Part shown: positions 1-10,507 of the stretch, piece by piece
Position numbering within the stretch: position 1 is the stretch's first letter
Layout: the number at the start of each line of letters is the position of its first letter
Assembly (NCBI GenBank): GCA_964019335.1
Contig: OZ025660.1
Location: forward strand, 496,001-560,000
Origin: Diplonema japonicum
Lineage: Eukaryota > Protista > Euglenozoa: Diplonemea
DNA: 64,000 nucleotides
Direction of reading: 5' to 3'
Notes under the pieces: generated by a model
Told to the model about the DNA's origin: nothing
What the model saw: only the letters and a program-made list of their open reading frames with translations
The model's database searches: none
Made by a program: the position numbers and the translations under genes

Positions 1-1408
1 ATGGAGTCTTACCGTTGCCCATCTCACCACCAGGGGACGGAGTCTCGCCGTTGCCTTCTTCACTACCAGGAGATGGAGTCCTGCCGTTGCCTTCTTCACC
101 ACCAGGGGATGGAGTCCTACCGCCGTTGCCTTCCTCACCGCCAGGGGATGGAGTCTCGCCGTTGCCTTCCTCACCACCAGGGGACGGACCTTCTTCACCA
201 CCAGGAGATGGACCCTCTTCGGTACCTTCTTCAGTTCCCTCTTCGGTGCCCTCTTCTGTTCCCTCCTCGGTGCCCTCTTCTTTTCCCTCTTCACGGTCTT
301 TTGCGGCTCCCTGTTCACCTTTGTTGCCATTGTTGCCCTCAGGGTTGTTGTTGCCCCCTTCTTCACCGTTGCCGGTGCCCCCTTCTTCACCGCCAGTTGG
401 TGGAGGCATACCGTTACCACCTTCTTCACCACCAGTGGGTGGAGGCATACCGTTACCACCTTCCTCACCACCAGGGGATGGAGTCCTTCCGTTACCACCC
501 TCTTCACCACCAGGGGATGGAGTCCTGCCGTTGCCACCTTCCTCACCACCAGGGGATGGAGTCCTTCCGTTACCACCCTCTTCACCACCAGGGGATGGAG
601 TCCTGCCGTTACCACCCTCTTCACCACCAGGAGATGGAGTCCTACCGTTGCCACCTTCTTCACCGCCGGGAGATGGAGTCCTACCGTTGCCACCCTCCTC
701 ACCACCAGGAGATGGAGTCCTACCGTTGCCACCCTCTTCACCGCCAGGGGATGGAGTCCTACCGTTGCCCTCTTCACCACCAGGGGATGGAGTCCTGCCG
801 TTGCCTTCCTCACCACCAGGGGATGGAGTCTTACCGTTGCCCTCTTCACCACCAGGGGAATCCGTGTTCTGCTCACCGTTCGGACTCGGGGTGTTCTGCT
901 GACCGTTCGGACTAGGAGTGTTCTGTTGACCATTAGGACTCGGGGTGTTCTGCTGGCCGTTAGGACTGGGAGTGTTCTGTTGGCCATTAGGACTAGGAGT
1001 GTTCTGCTGACCATTAGGGCTTGGAGTAGCAGGGGCTCGGGTATCAGGAGTTGAAGTAAAAGGAGCAGAAGTGTCAGGGGCCCGAGTATCAGGAGGCGAA
1101 GTAGCAGGGGCCCGAGTATCAGGGATTGCTGTGTCAGGGGACAAACTCTCACCCGGTTTACACTTCCTCGGGGGGTAGGTCTTCTTCCCGTAGCTCTTCT
1201 TCCCGTAGTAGGTCTTCTTCCCGTAGTACGTCTTCTTCCCGTAACTCTTCTTCCCATAATAGCTCTTCCCGTAGTACTTGCTACTGTAGTGGTTCCCGTT
1301 GCCGTAGCCATAGTTGTATCCCCCCACTTGGCTGCCATAGTAGTGTGCGCTGGCTGGTGCCACCATCGAGGCGGCACACAGCACTAGAAGCAAGCTCCTC
1401 GACCTCAT
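1..1408 (-). CDS. Mucin-like repetitive surface protein, copy 1 (runs off the window's left edge)
   Basis: ATG at 1408; near-identical to 43825..46461: signal peptide MRSRSLLLVLCAASMVAPASA, YYGKK repeats, TPSPNGQQ and GEEGGNGRTPSPG repeats. No stop before position 1, hence absent from the ORF track. Confidence 0.85.
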   Translation of the reverse strand, partial: MRSRSLLLVLCAASMVAPASAHYYGSQVGGYNYGYGNGNHYSSKYYGKSYYGKKSYGKKTYYGKKTYYGKKSYGKKTYPPRKCKPGESLSPDTAIPDTRAPATSPPDTRAPDTSAPFTSTPDTRAPATPSPNGQQNTPSPNGQQNTPSPNGQQNTPSPNGQQNTPSPNGQQNTPSPNGEQNTDSPGGEEGNGKTPSPGGEEGNGRTPSPGGEEGNGRTPSPGGEEGGNGRTPSPGGEEGGNGRTPSPGGEEGGNGRTPSPGGEEGGNGRTPSPGGEEGGNGRTPSPGGEEGGNGRTPSPGGEEGGNGRTPSPGGEEGGNGMPPPTGGEEGGNGMPPPTGGEEGGTGNGEEGGNNNPEGNNGNKGEQGAAKDREEGKEEGTEEGTEEGTEEGTEEGTEEGPSPGGEEGPSPGGEEGNGETPSPGGEEGNGGRTPSPGGEEGNGRTPSPGSEEGNGETPSPGGEMGNGKTP

Positions 1409-1550
1409 ATTTATGTTCAGTAAACCTGTGTGGTGTCATCACTTTTATGAGATTGGGAACAAAATAATTGGATCATGTCCTTTGTGTTGCAAGGCACAGA
1501 GGAGGGTCTACTTCACAAGACAGGTGTGCTTCGGGTGGTGTTGCTGCTTC

Positions 1551-1684
1551 TCAGAAAGGGTTTGTGCAGAGCACCTATCCATCAAACACCTATCATCTGT
1601 GATGACAAGGTCAGAGACTCTAGTCTTTTGTGCTTTGATCATCATTCACAGCGTTGGTGTGTCCCCTTCGACACGGGTCATCAC
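1551..1684 (-). ncRNA. Box C/D snoRNA CD-A (possibly two adjacent RNAs); LSU rRNA guide
   Basis: Minus strand: GTGATGA...TGATGA...AGACTAGAGTC-T-CTGA. The guide is complementary to the conserved LSU sequence (GAGCTT)GACTCTAGTCT. Copies at 35017-35150, 46955-47088, 57230-57363; fragment at 41878-41930. Confidence 0.8.
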
Positions 1685-1961
1685 TTCAAGGAATTTCCTT
1701 GAAGGCAACGAGATTTTCTGGACGAACTGAAAGATCACAGGGGAAGTAGAAGCAAGACAGGCATGTCGTGAAAGGGTCGTTGTCACCATCTTGTCAAAAA
1801 AGAAAAGGAAACCTTTTCCTCAAAAAAGCAAAAGAGAACCACTGGAGTCTCACGCTGATAAAGCTCCCATTCCAAGCATGAGGTAAGTAAACAGAGTAGT
1901 CGGAGGCGGCGTTTACAGCGTTTCGTTGCCTGTCCCTCCACTCCAAGGAGAAGGGTGTGCA

Positions 1962-2050
1962 TCAGACGATGCCGTCTCACTGGTGTCTGCTCAGCACCAA
2001 CAGAAGCCTGCCGGTTCATCAAAAATAGGATCTAAGTGGTGAATCATCAT
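1962..2050 (-). ncRNA. Box C/D snoRNA CD-C
   Basis: C box TGATGA, internal TGATGA and CTGA, terminal GACGGCATCGT-CTGA (complementary to SSU-like AAACGATGCCG). Copies at 35887-35975, 47825-47913, 59944-60032. Confidence 0.75.
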
Positions 2051-2378
2051 CTGCTCATTCCTTGGAGGGTTGCTTGCTGGTTGTCTAATTCCCTTTTCTT
2101 TCGAAGGGCATAAACCATAAACCACAGACACCGGGAAGGAGACAAAAGGTTGGAGATCTTGTACCAGATAAAGGGAACCTGTGCAAGGTACGAGACACCT
2201 CACAGGAGGGTTGCCGGTACTCTGTGTTCCTGTTTTCTTCTTGCTTTTTCTTCTTTTTTTTTTACTTCCTTCTTTCTCTCGCACCAGTATTATCCCGCAA
2301 CCCTTACCACAAAGGGCACTGGTCCTTGATGGCTCTTCTTCCTTTCTGTTCTTTGCTTCAAAAGGCAGAGAAAAACAG

Positions 2379-2445
2379 TAGTCTCACGCTGATAAAGCTC
2401 CCATTCCAAGCATGAGGTGCCCAACGGGTGGTATGTACAGCGTTG
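2379..2445 (-). ncRNA. Single-hairpin box-AGA (H/ACA-like) guide ACA-1, the most amplified module
   Basis: CAACGCTG-TACATACCA-CCCGTTGGGCA-loop-TGCTTGGAATGGG-AGCTTTAT-CAGCGTG-AGA-NNN: basal stem ACGCTG/CAGCGT, internal pocket, apical stem, AGA 3 nt from the end. About 10 copies including variants. Confidence 0.8.
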
Positions 2446-2968
2446 CTGTTCTTCACTCTTCTTTTTCTTCATCTTCTCTCTCTCGCATAGCTTCACAACC
2501 AGCACCCTATTCAGAGAGGGAACAGGCTGTTACAAGCTTGCTGCAAGTTTTCAAACCAAACTGTGTTTTGTGTTTTCAGGTTTCAGTCTCGCAGGTTTTT
2601 GACCCTCACTTGAACCAGCAACATGGGTTCGCAAGGAACACGAAACACTGCTGCGCTCGTGTGTTGTGTGTGCCCACATGTCTCGCACCCCTCCAACGCC
2701 TCTTTCATGTATGAAGAACGCGAAGTGGTGTTAATTAAGGGTGCTCTCCTTCTTTTCGAGTATTCCCCTCCCCCAACCCCCTTCTTTTTTACCCCGCAAC
2801 GTATCTCACGCTGATAAAGCGCCCATTCCAAGCATCAACAGTGCCCAACGGGTGCCGATTACAGCGTTGCCGTTCTTTCTTTGCGGGGTATCGTGTTCTG
2901 CATTTTGTGAAGGTGCTGGCTTTCCCATTGTGGTGGTGCTTCTTCCCTCCCTTTCTTCATGGAAGACA

Positions 2969-3054
2969 TCAGAAGAGGTGTAGTTTGTTGATAATGTTCC
3001 ATTTCACGCCCCCCCAGGGGGAGGTCATCTAACCGCAATATCGTGTCTCATCAT
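2969..3054 (-). ncRNA. Box C/D snoRNA CD-D with two LSU-complementary elements
   Basis: TGATGA...TTAGATGAC (complement of LSU GTCATCTAA)...ACTACACCTCT-T-CTGA (complement of LSU AGAGGTGTAG). Copy at 42343-42428; MITE-disrupted partial copy at ~57822-58056. Confidence 0.82.
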
Positions 3055-3078
3055 CTGTCTCCGTGGGTCGTTCTTTTC

Positions 3079-3145
3079 TTCTCTCGCAAGAAAGCGTAGC
3101 TGGGCAGCGGATGCAGTCCTGCAGCCAGTTTAATAAATCTTGCAA
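3079..3145 (-). ncRNA. Single-hairpin box-AGA guide, predicted SSU target AAAGCG-psi-A-UAAUAAA
   Basis: GCAAGA/TCTTGC basal stem, pocket arms TTTATTA and CGCTTT, AGA box. The arms match the conserved SSU region AGCGTATA(T/A)TAAAG. Confidence 0.72.
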
Positions 3146-3500
3146 CAGCTTGGATCTGTTGTTGTTAACAGCGACAAAAACAGGTTAATAAAAAAGCAAT
3201 TGAAAAATCTTTTCCCACCGAATCAGTACGGTCATGTGACGCCTATAGACGCACACGCACGGCGGAGATGCTTGTGAGGGGAGCAAGAGAGAGAGAGAGA
3301 GAGATGAAGGGGCGAGAATGGCTTCAAGACGTTCCTCGTCCAAAACCTTGCAGCACCACGTACCTATTGTCAGTGTACTGGTGCCACTGCTCTTCGGTCA
3401 GCTTTACAGGTAGCGCAATTTTCGTAGCTTTTGCTCATTTTTGTAGTATATCCTGGAAGTCACTGCACAACCGAAAGCTGTGAAAGATAAAAGACGGCTA

Positions 3501-6053
3501 TTATTCCCTATTACGGAAGAGGAGGTCGAGGATGGATGACCGGAACTTCTCTGAGAAGCGTTGGCAAAGGCGGATGCCGCGGACACTGTTGCCGATGCCG
3601 TCGAGCTTAGGAGACCAGACGCACATCCCAAGGACACCTGGGACCACGACAAAGATCTCACCCGAGACACCTGACTTGGCAGGCATCCCTATGGTGCACG
3701 CCCATTCGCCGCTGTAGTCGTACATCCCACAGGCAGAGAGGATCTGAAGAGTTCTTCGAACTTCTGTATCTGTGACTAAATCCTTCCCTGTTAACGGGCA
3801 CACGCCATGATTTGCGTAGGTTGCAGCAGCAGCAGCCAGCACAGGTGTTGATACCCTCACCGAGCACACGCGCAAGTAGAACTCCACAGCGGCCGTCAGT
3901 TTTTCATGTGTGTTGACGAAGTCGGGGAACGTGTTCTCAGACTTCATGAAGTTCGCCAGCGCGTAGTTTCTGAAAGCGCAGCCTTGTTCACTGTGGTACA
4001 CATCCATGCAATCCCCGACCTCCATCCCGCCCGAGAGGTCTTTCAAGAACTGTTTGTACGGCATCAGCCTCTCCTCAACGTCCTCCACGTCGCTGTTCAG
4101 CATCGAGCACGTCACGATGGCCCCCGCGTTCGTCACAGGGTTAAACGGTGTACCCTTCCGTGTTAACGTGAAATCATTAAACGCCCTGCCGCTTGGCTCC
4201 TGCCCGACGTGCTTGTGCACCCATTTCGATCCGAAAGCCTTCAGAGCCAACGTGTAGGCAAATGTTTTCCCGACAGACTGCACCGAAAAAGTTGTATCAT
4301 TGTCCCCAATGTCGAATCTCTGCCCGTTCACCTGCAAGGGATGTATTTTCAAAAAGAAAATGAGACAATACCGTGAATACGGACACCGCAAATTTGTCGG
4401 AATCAGCGTTCTTCAGCTCTGGTATGTAGTCTGCATTCGCGCCGTCATTTGGTGTGTTTTGCAACACATCTTCGTAACTGTGGGTGTACAGTGTACAGTG
4501 TAGTGTGGTGATGCTGCATACATGTGTGTGAGGTTCGTCGTGAAGGCGTCCCAATTCTTGATAGCCAGCCTGTCGAGGACTATGTTGCTGAGTAGGCTGT
4601 GATGCGGCGATGCGCCTGCTGGGCTAGGCCCCTGGCATTCATGTTCAGGCAGGGCTCCCAACACCAAATCGGAATAGTCCGACCACAAGAACACTGCAGA
4701 GGTGTCCAATTTCTTGTAGTCCCTCTCGAACGGTTTGTAGGAGGCGAGTGCTGTGGCCATCTTCGGGTTCGCCTTCAAAATCATCAAGACCTGCGGGTGG
4801 TCGTGTGGCCTTGCGATGGAAGCAGCCTCTTCCATGAGCACGGTGTTCGTCGAGTCGAAACCAAAATTTGTGCGGAGCCTTTCCAGCAAGCATGTGATGG
4901 GTAGGACGTCAGTGGTGGGGAAGTCGATTGACGCAGCAAGACCGTCGAAAAAATTCCGTGCGCGCCTACAGTAGGCGTTGTACGAGACGGGCTCTGGGAA
5001 CATCTCGCTGACGGCACCGCAGTCCTTCAGGTAGTCGGCAATGTTATTGTGCGTGTTGCGTATGGCCGCCCGCAGCGGCGTGACACCCCACCTGTCCTTC
5101 ACATTGATGTCAGCGTTGTGCTTCACAAGCATCTTCACGACGTCCATGTGGCCTTCCTCTGCTGCAAGGTGTAGGGCGCGTCGTTGGTCGTAGTCGCATT
5201 TATTGACTTTCGCGCCTTTTAAGAGAAGTTTTTCTAACTCAGCGATGTTCCCCTTGGCCGCTGCAGCTATGAGGTCGTCGGTAGGAGTGCTGCGGAAGGA
5301 TCTTGTGGTGGTGGCGTCGAGCTCGCCTGACCGCTTGGCTCCGAGGGTTCTGAGGAAAACGGCCACTTCTTCCTTATGGGATGCCTCCGCACCGGATAAG
5401 GGTGTGGTCCCCCAGCGGTCGGCAGCGTTGATGTCGATGTTGTCCAGTTTTGCAAGAAACTGTGTGCATTCTAGCCGGCCCTCTTCAGCAGCAAGGTGGA
5501 GGGCTGTTCTGCTGTCGTAGTTTGCAGCGGTGATGTCTACCCCGATGGCAAGTAGCTTCTTCAGTGTTTCCACGTCCCCTGCACACGCCGCAGCGCAGGC
5601 AAGAGCTCCGTCTCCGCATTCTTCGACAGGGTTGCGCATTGTCCCCACTGCGTTCTGCAGTTTCATGTACTCCACCACCGCACGGTGCTTGTTGTTCATC
5701 GCGGCAGCTAATGGTGTCGCTTCCCATTTGTCCCTGCTGTTCTTGTTGGCACCCTGTCCTAACAAGTATTTCACCACATCAAGATGGCCTTCAGATGCCG
5801 CAATGTGCAAAGCTGTACGCTTGTTCTGGTCGCACCACTTCACATCAGCACCTCCTTGTACCAACTTCGTCATGGTTTCTATGTCACCCCTCGACGCAGC
5901 CTCGCACAAGGCGAACCCCTGCTCCGTTGGTGAAAGCTGGCTCACGTTTAACTGTTTCAGAGCATACTCCCTTACATATGATTCTAGGTTGCTAGGTTTG
6001 TCACGAGCTACTTGCTTACAGAGCTCATCCATTACCTCATTTACTTTGGCCAT
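3501..6053 (-). CDS. Glutaminase with N-terminal ankyrin repeats and a Dpy-30/RIIa-like N-terminus; 3 exons
   Basis: GT-AG introns at 4478-4521 and 4332-4371 join the two ORFs in frame, giving ...GANADYIPELK...FAVSVFTVNGQRF. Glutaminase motifs QSVGK, NAGAI, GMYDYSG and PAKSGVSG; multiple TALHLAA ankyrin repeats. Confidence 0.93.
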
Positions 6054-6508
6054 TGCACGATTTTCTATATCACTTCGTTGTGGTTTGATTTTTATTGGTC
6101 ATGTTCCTCACCGAACAGAGGCAATGAAACACACTAAGTGTCATGTGAGAAAGAGGGGGGTGTGGAGTACGGAGAGATATTAAAAAAAAAAAAAAAAAAA
6201 CTATTCTGGGTTTTCTTCCTCTTTTTTTTTTCTCTGCGTTCTCATCTCTTTTTCTTCTTCTCTCCCTCCTGCATTTTTTTCCCGTTTCTTTTATAAAAAA
6301 CGCAGTTTTACCCCCCCCTTCTTCGTGCTCCAAATTCTTTTTTTGTTTTCTTTTTTTATTTTTTCTTTTTTCCTTCTTGCATAACAGCGGACACCGTTTG
6401 TGCCCTTTAGCTTCCTTATGCTGTTGCCTGTTATCATTTAAATCTAGTAAAGTAAAAATTAAAAAAAAAACAGGGAACACATAACAAAAAGAAAAAGGGA
6501 TTTTGTCA

Positions 6509-6558
6509 TTAGTCAGTACTGCGTGGTATGCGCCGCCCGGGGCCCTAGTATTGAGTTT

Positions 6559-6594
<36 letters not shown>

Positions 6595-6823
6595 TTGTTT
6601 GGTTCGCACACCTGCACGGAGTTGTGAGTAAGGAAAAGGAGTGCGAGAAGTGCCATAACACAGGACAAGGTAGCGGTGATAACAGTGGCACCCTTCCTGT
6701 TCTTGCCGAGGAAGCAGTTGATGCCTGTCTTGGAGATGACAAGAATGTCGTTGACGCCGTCGTTGTTCGCATCAGCAACAATGACAGGTGCCATGGGAGG
6801 TGAGTCAAGTGTGATTTCATGCT

Positions 6824-6859
<36 letters not shown>

Positions 6860-8400
6860 ACTGTAAAACAAAAATCCACCGGAAGATAAAATATCCGGAC
6901 CGCCGAAACATCCGGTGATTTTTTCTTCCGGACATTCTTTTGGGCACTTTTCTAAGGGGGTACCTCGCCTGCCCTACGCACTGCCCCCTCTGTCTGGAAA
7001 ACTTATATTTCTGTTGCAAGAGTCTTAAGAACGGCAAAAATAAAATTCAAATTAACAGACGAAAGCTGCATGCTCTAAAAAGGGGAAGGACATATCTCGC
7101 GACCCCTCCAGGTGCTGACCTCTTCAGGTGACTGAAACGATATTGCAAGTGGGAATATCTTCAGGTGAGAGGCACCCTTCAATGGCTGCGTCCCAGCAGG
7201 TTGGAGAGTACTTTTCCCGACAATAGAACTAAAAAAGGGGGCGAGGAAAGGGCAGCATCTTACCTGTCCGCACGTCTGGCCGTCTTGTTTGCTGCCTTCG
7301 CAGCCTTGGCAGTGCGCCTGGCCTCGGCCTTAATGGCACAAATAGGTGAGGTCTGGGGGGACAAACGCTAAGTGAACGTTTGTTTCTGAAAACAAGTTCA
7401 CAAAAGCCTGCGTAGTGTGGACATTGTAGTCATCAATGATGAGTAGGATGGGCTCGGTGGGTGCTCAACCCGATGACTCGATGAGGTTGTAGCAAAGGGG
7501 AGAAACAAATCTTTTACCCAGAGTCGAAGCGTTTCCTGGGTGGCCCAGTGAGATTTCGAAGCTGTTAAACTCCAGCCTTTTGGGGGGTGTGCAACACGAG
7601 GGACGGACCCGAGGTATTTCCTGCAGCGAACTGGTTCTGTTTTTCCCGTGTAAATTAACTGCGGGTGCAGTTTGCCACCAGTCAGGGAAACGCAAAACTG
7701 TCCGGTGACGGCGCGCTTGTCCCAAATCCCTAACCTTGACAACCTTGGGACCCCTTTTCGTCTTCTTCCCAGCGGCAGCAGCTGGTCCATGTTCCAGGTC
7801 AACCGGACTGGACATTGGCTCCATGACGCAAACCCGTAAAAAATAAGAACAACCCTAAAGCAAGCACAAGAAGTGGTTTGGTTCAACAAGCTTGGTAGAA
7901 GCAAACAATCAGGATCTGAGGTGTCTTTTAGTTCTTGGAAAAGTCCGTAATTCAATTCTCTGATTTTTGTTTGATTTTCTCTTGCTATAGAAACTAGTTT
8001 CATCTGTTTTCGGGTCCAGCCCTTTAATAAAGGGGGGTCCCAGGAAAAAAATGTCCGGAAGAAAAAATATCCGGACCGCCAGAGCTTCCGGACTTTTTAT
8101 CTTCCGGTGATTTTTGTTTTACAGTATATTCCATTTAAATCGTTTAAAGTTTAGCCACGTACCTCCAGTGCACCGTTTGCAGCATTGAGCACAGCAATCC
8201 TTTTCTGCCCCACAGCAAGGATGTATTGAGTGGGGTATACATTGTATAGGTTCCTGATGGTAACCACATCCTGATAATTTTTCTTTTTTCTTTTTTTTCA
8301 AAGAACACACCTCTTGTGGATCGGGTTCGGTGGGTGTCATCAGAGAGTACGCTTTCAGGTGTGCGTGCGAAGATTCCGCCGCGTGTTCTTTTTCTCTGTT

Positions 8401-8431
<31 letters not shown>

Positions 8432-10409
8432 CCCCATAATCTTGTTCTTGCCAATTGTGTCACACCTGTGTTCTGAGTTAAGTGCTGTCTCCTCGAAGCC
8501 CTGCTTGCCCATCATCTTGGCGAACAGCATGCTTGAGGCGTGTGCGCCGAACACTGCATCGGTGTCTGTGTGCCACCTTACCTTGCCCGTCTTCCCGTTG
8601 AGGCACGTCACGAGCCCCGAACTGATGAAGAACAGCACGTCTGTCCTGTACTTCGCCAGGCCAAGGTAGCTGTCCGCATGCACGTGTCTGTGTGTGTGTT
8701 TTCTTTTTTTTTAAATTAAATGATACCTGTGCACCGCCAGCGGGGGTGCAGAAGTGATTGACTCATCAAAGTGGTCGCGCGACCCGAACCCCGGGATTTC
8801 CAACCTATAGTAAAAGAAAATACGACCTTTTGGTATCATCTGCATACCCGCCCAGGCTGTTGGTCCACGCCCCTTCCTCTTCGTCGTCGCCCTTCAGGAT
8901 GGCGCGGAGGAACTCGAAGCTGTGGAGCAGGCCACCCTCAAGACAGATGGAGTGGTTGTGGATGAGAGACAAGGAAAGCGGCACCCCGGACCAAATCAGT
9001 CCCTTGCAGAGGGTGGTTTGCCCGCCCCATGACCTGGAGTAGGTGTCGAGATGCTGCTTGCCGCCGATCAGCGTTGAGACGGCATCGATCACATTGTCGT
9101 CGTTGACATCTTCGTAAAGCCACCCCGAGCGGAGGGGGCCCACCTGTGCTAAGGTCTTCCCCGTGTACAGGTGCAGTGCCTCGAGACCCGTGTCCCTGTG
9201 CACCACAATGACGTTCGGGGAGGGCATGTGCGCCCTCTTCTTCCTCCACTGCAGCAACGACCACACTTTGGCACCCAGCTGGCCGTAGTCATTGTGCGTT
9301 CTTGTGCGGTCTTTGCTCTTGTCCTTCAGCACAGCCTCGGTTTCGTAGGCACTATGCTCGGCAGCCTTTTTCTTGTTATTCTTTTTAGGAGCGAATCTGT
9401 GAAGCTGCATCTTGAGGTCGTGGTTGTGAGTGTGCTGGAAAGGAAGACTGGCAATGAGGTTGCGTCTGTAGTACCTCCAATCCTGTTCACCAGCGTGGTG
9501 TTCGAGGTGCTGGAGGGTGAGCTTGTAGTTATGCTGGGTCTTCACCTTGTCCTCCTGTGATGTGGCGATCTCGTCCGAGGAGTTGTGGGACCAGCGCAGG
9601 GAGCCGTCCTTTCCGTTGAGGGCAAAGTAAGACACCTGACGGCCGGGCGAACCCATGTTGTCTTCGTCGCCCTCCTCCATGTCCATGGGGATCTCGACAT
9701 CCACGCCAACGACTACTGTACCGAGGTCGTCTGAGTAGATCTTGTTGGGAAGGACCATAACGGTGGCGTAGGTGGGGAGGAACCACCCGTACAGCTCGTC
9801 GGCGTCGTACATTTCATCATACATGAAGTTGTCGCGTGGCTCTGGGACGGGCAGCCGCACTGCCCAGATCTCCGTCAGCTCGTGGTTGTACAGTGTCACC
9901 ACGTAGTCGTCGCTCACGACTGCAATGTGCTGTCTGTACGGCTGGGCAGACGAAGGAGTGGGGGTGGGCGCGCTTGTCGTGTTTGTGGTGTTGCGTATAT
10001 GTTGATGCTGCTTCTTCCACGCTTCAGAGTGCGTCAGGTACCCGCACGAAAACCCTATAATCGGTGCTTGCAGGTGCATCGACTTCTTCGCAACCAGCTC
10101 CTGCACATACCCGCCCACTGCCCGCGCGCTTCTATAATTCTCAAACACTGCTATTTTTTCGGGTGTTGTGACTGCCACCAAGTCGTTGACACCGTCCCCG
10201 TCCACGTCTGTCATCATCGGCTTCGGGAGCTTTTCGAGAGCGTCCTCCGGCATCTCCTCCCCCCAGGGCACCACGAAGCCCCCCTTGAACGTTGCACTCC
10301 CGTCCGACTGGAAAGATAATATTATCCCCAACAAGCACCCCACGCATATCAAGATGTCACGCCGGCGGAACCCCCCATCCTTCTTCACTCTTTTTCTGGT
10401 TTTCTGCAT
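6509..10409 (-). CDS. FG-GAP repeat membrane protein (plant NERD1/At3g51050-like); 7 exons
   Basis: N-terminus RRRDILI...SFQSDG; DVDGDGVND, DVNDDNVID and DANNDGVND motifs; C-terminal TM then GPGRRIPRSTD*. Introns 8805-8826, 8688-8726, 8396-8465, 8271-8310, 6822-8162 and 6545-6611 are all GT-AG and restore the frame. Confidence 0.85.
6861..8124 (-). mobile_element. Degenerate pogo/Tc1-mariner-superfamily DNA transposon inside an intron
   Basis: TA at both flanks (6859-60, 8125-26). Terminal inverted repeats CTGTAAAACAAAAATC(C)ACCGGAAGATAAAA with internal TCCGGA repeats. Frameshifted DDE_1-like transposase remnant (TWNMDQ; GGKLHPQLIY; SHWATQETLRLW; LLIDDYNVH in another frame). Confidence 0.82.
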
Positions 10410-10507
10410 TGCCCCCCACCTCCTATGTTGCGTTTTGTTTTTGTTTTTGTTTTGCCAAAATAGAAAAGGGGTGCGATGGTTAAAAGGAAAATGCTATAAA
10501 GCACCTC

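Larger units (their letters stand above)
1551..3145 (-). ncRNA. snoRNA array 1 (3 box C/D guides and about 9 single-hairpin box-AGA guides)
   Basis: Modules read TGATGA...CTGA on the minus strand (1551-1684, 1962-2050, 2969-3054), or form a hairpin ending in AGA+3 nt (variant at ~1845-1922, 2154-2222, 2274-2335, 2379-2445, 2478-2541, 2584-2656, 2678-2745, 2801-2869, 3079-3145). Confidence 0.85.

Noticed and set aside
1-915. Plus-strand ORFs 1..915 and 15..902 (and 44564..45794)
   Set aside because: Antisense shadows of the tandem-repeat mucin gene.
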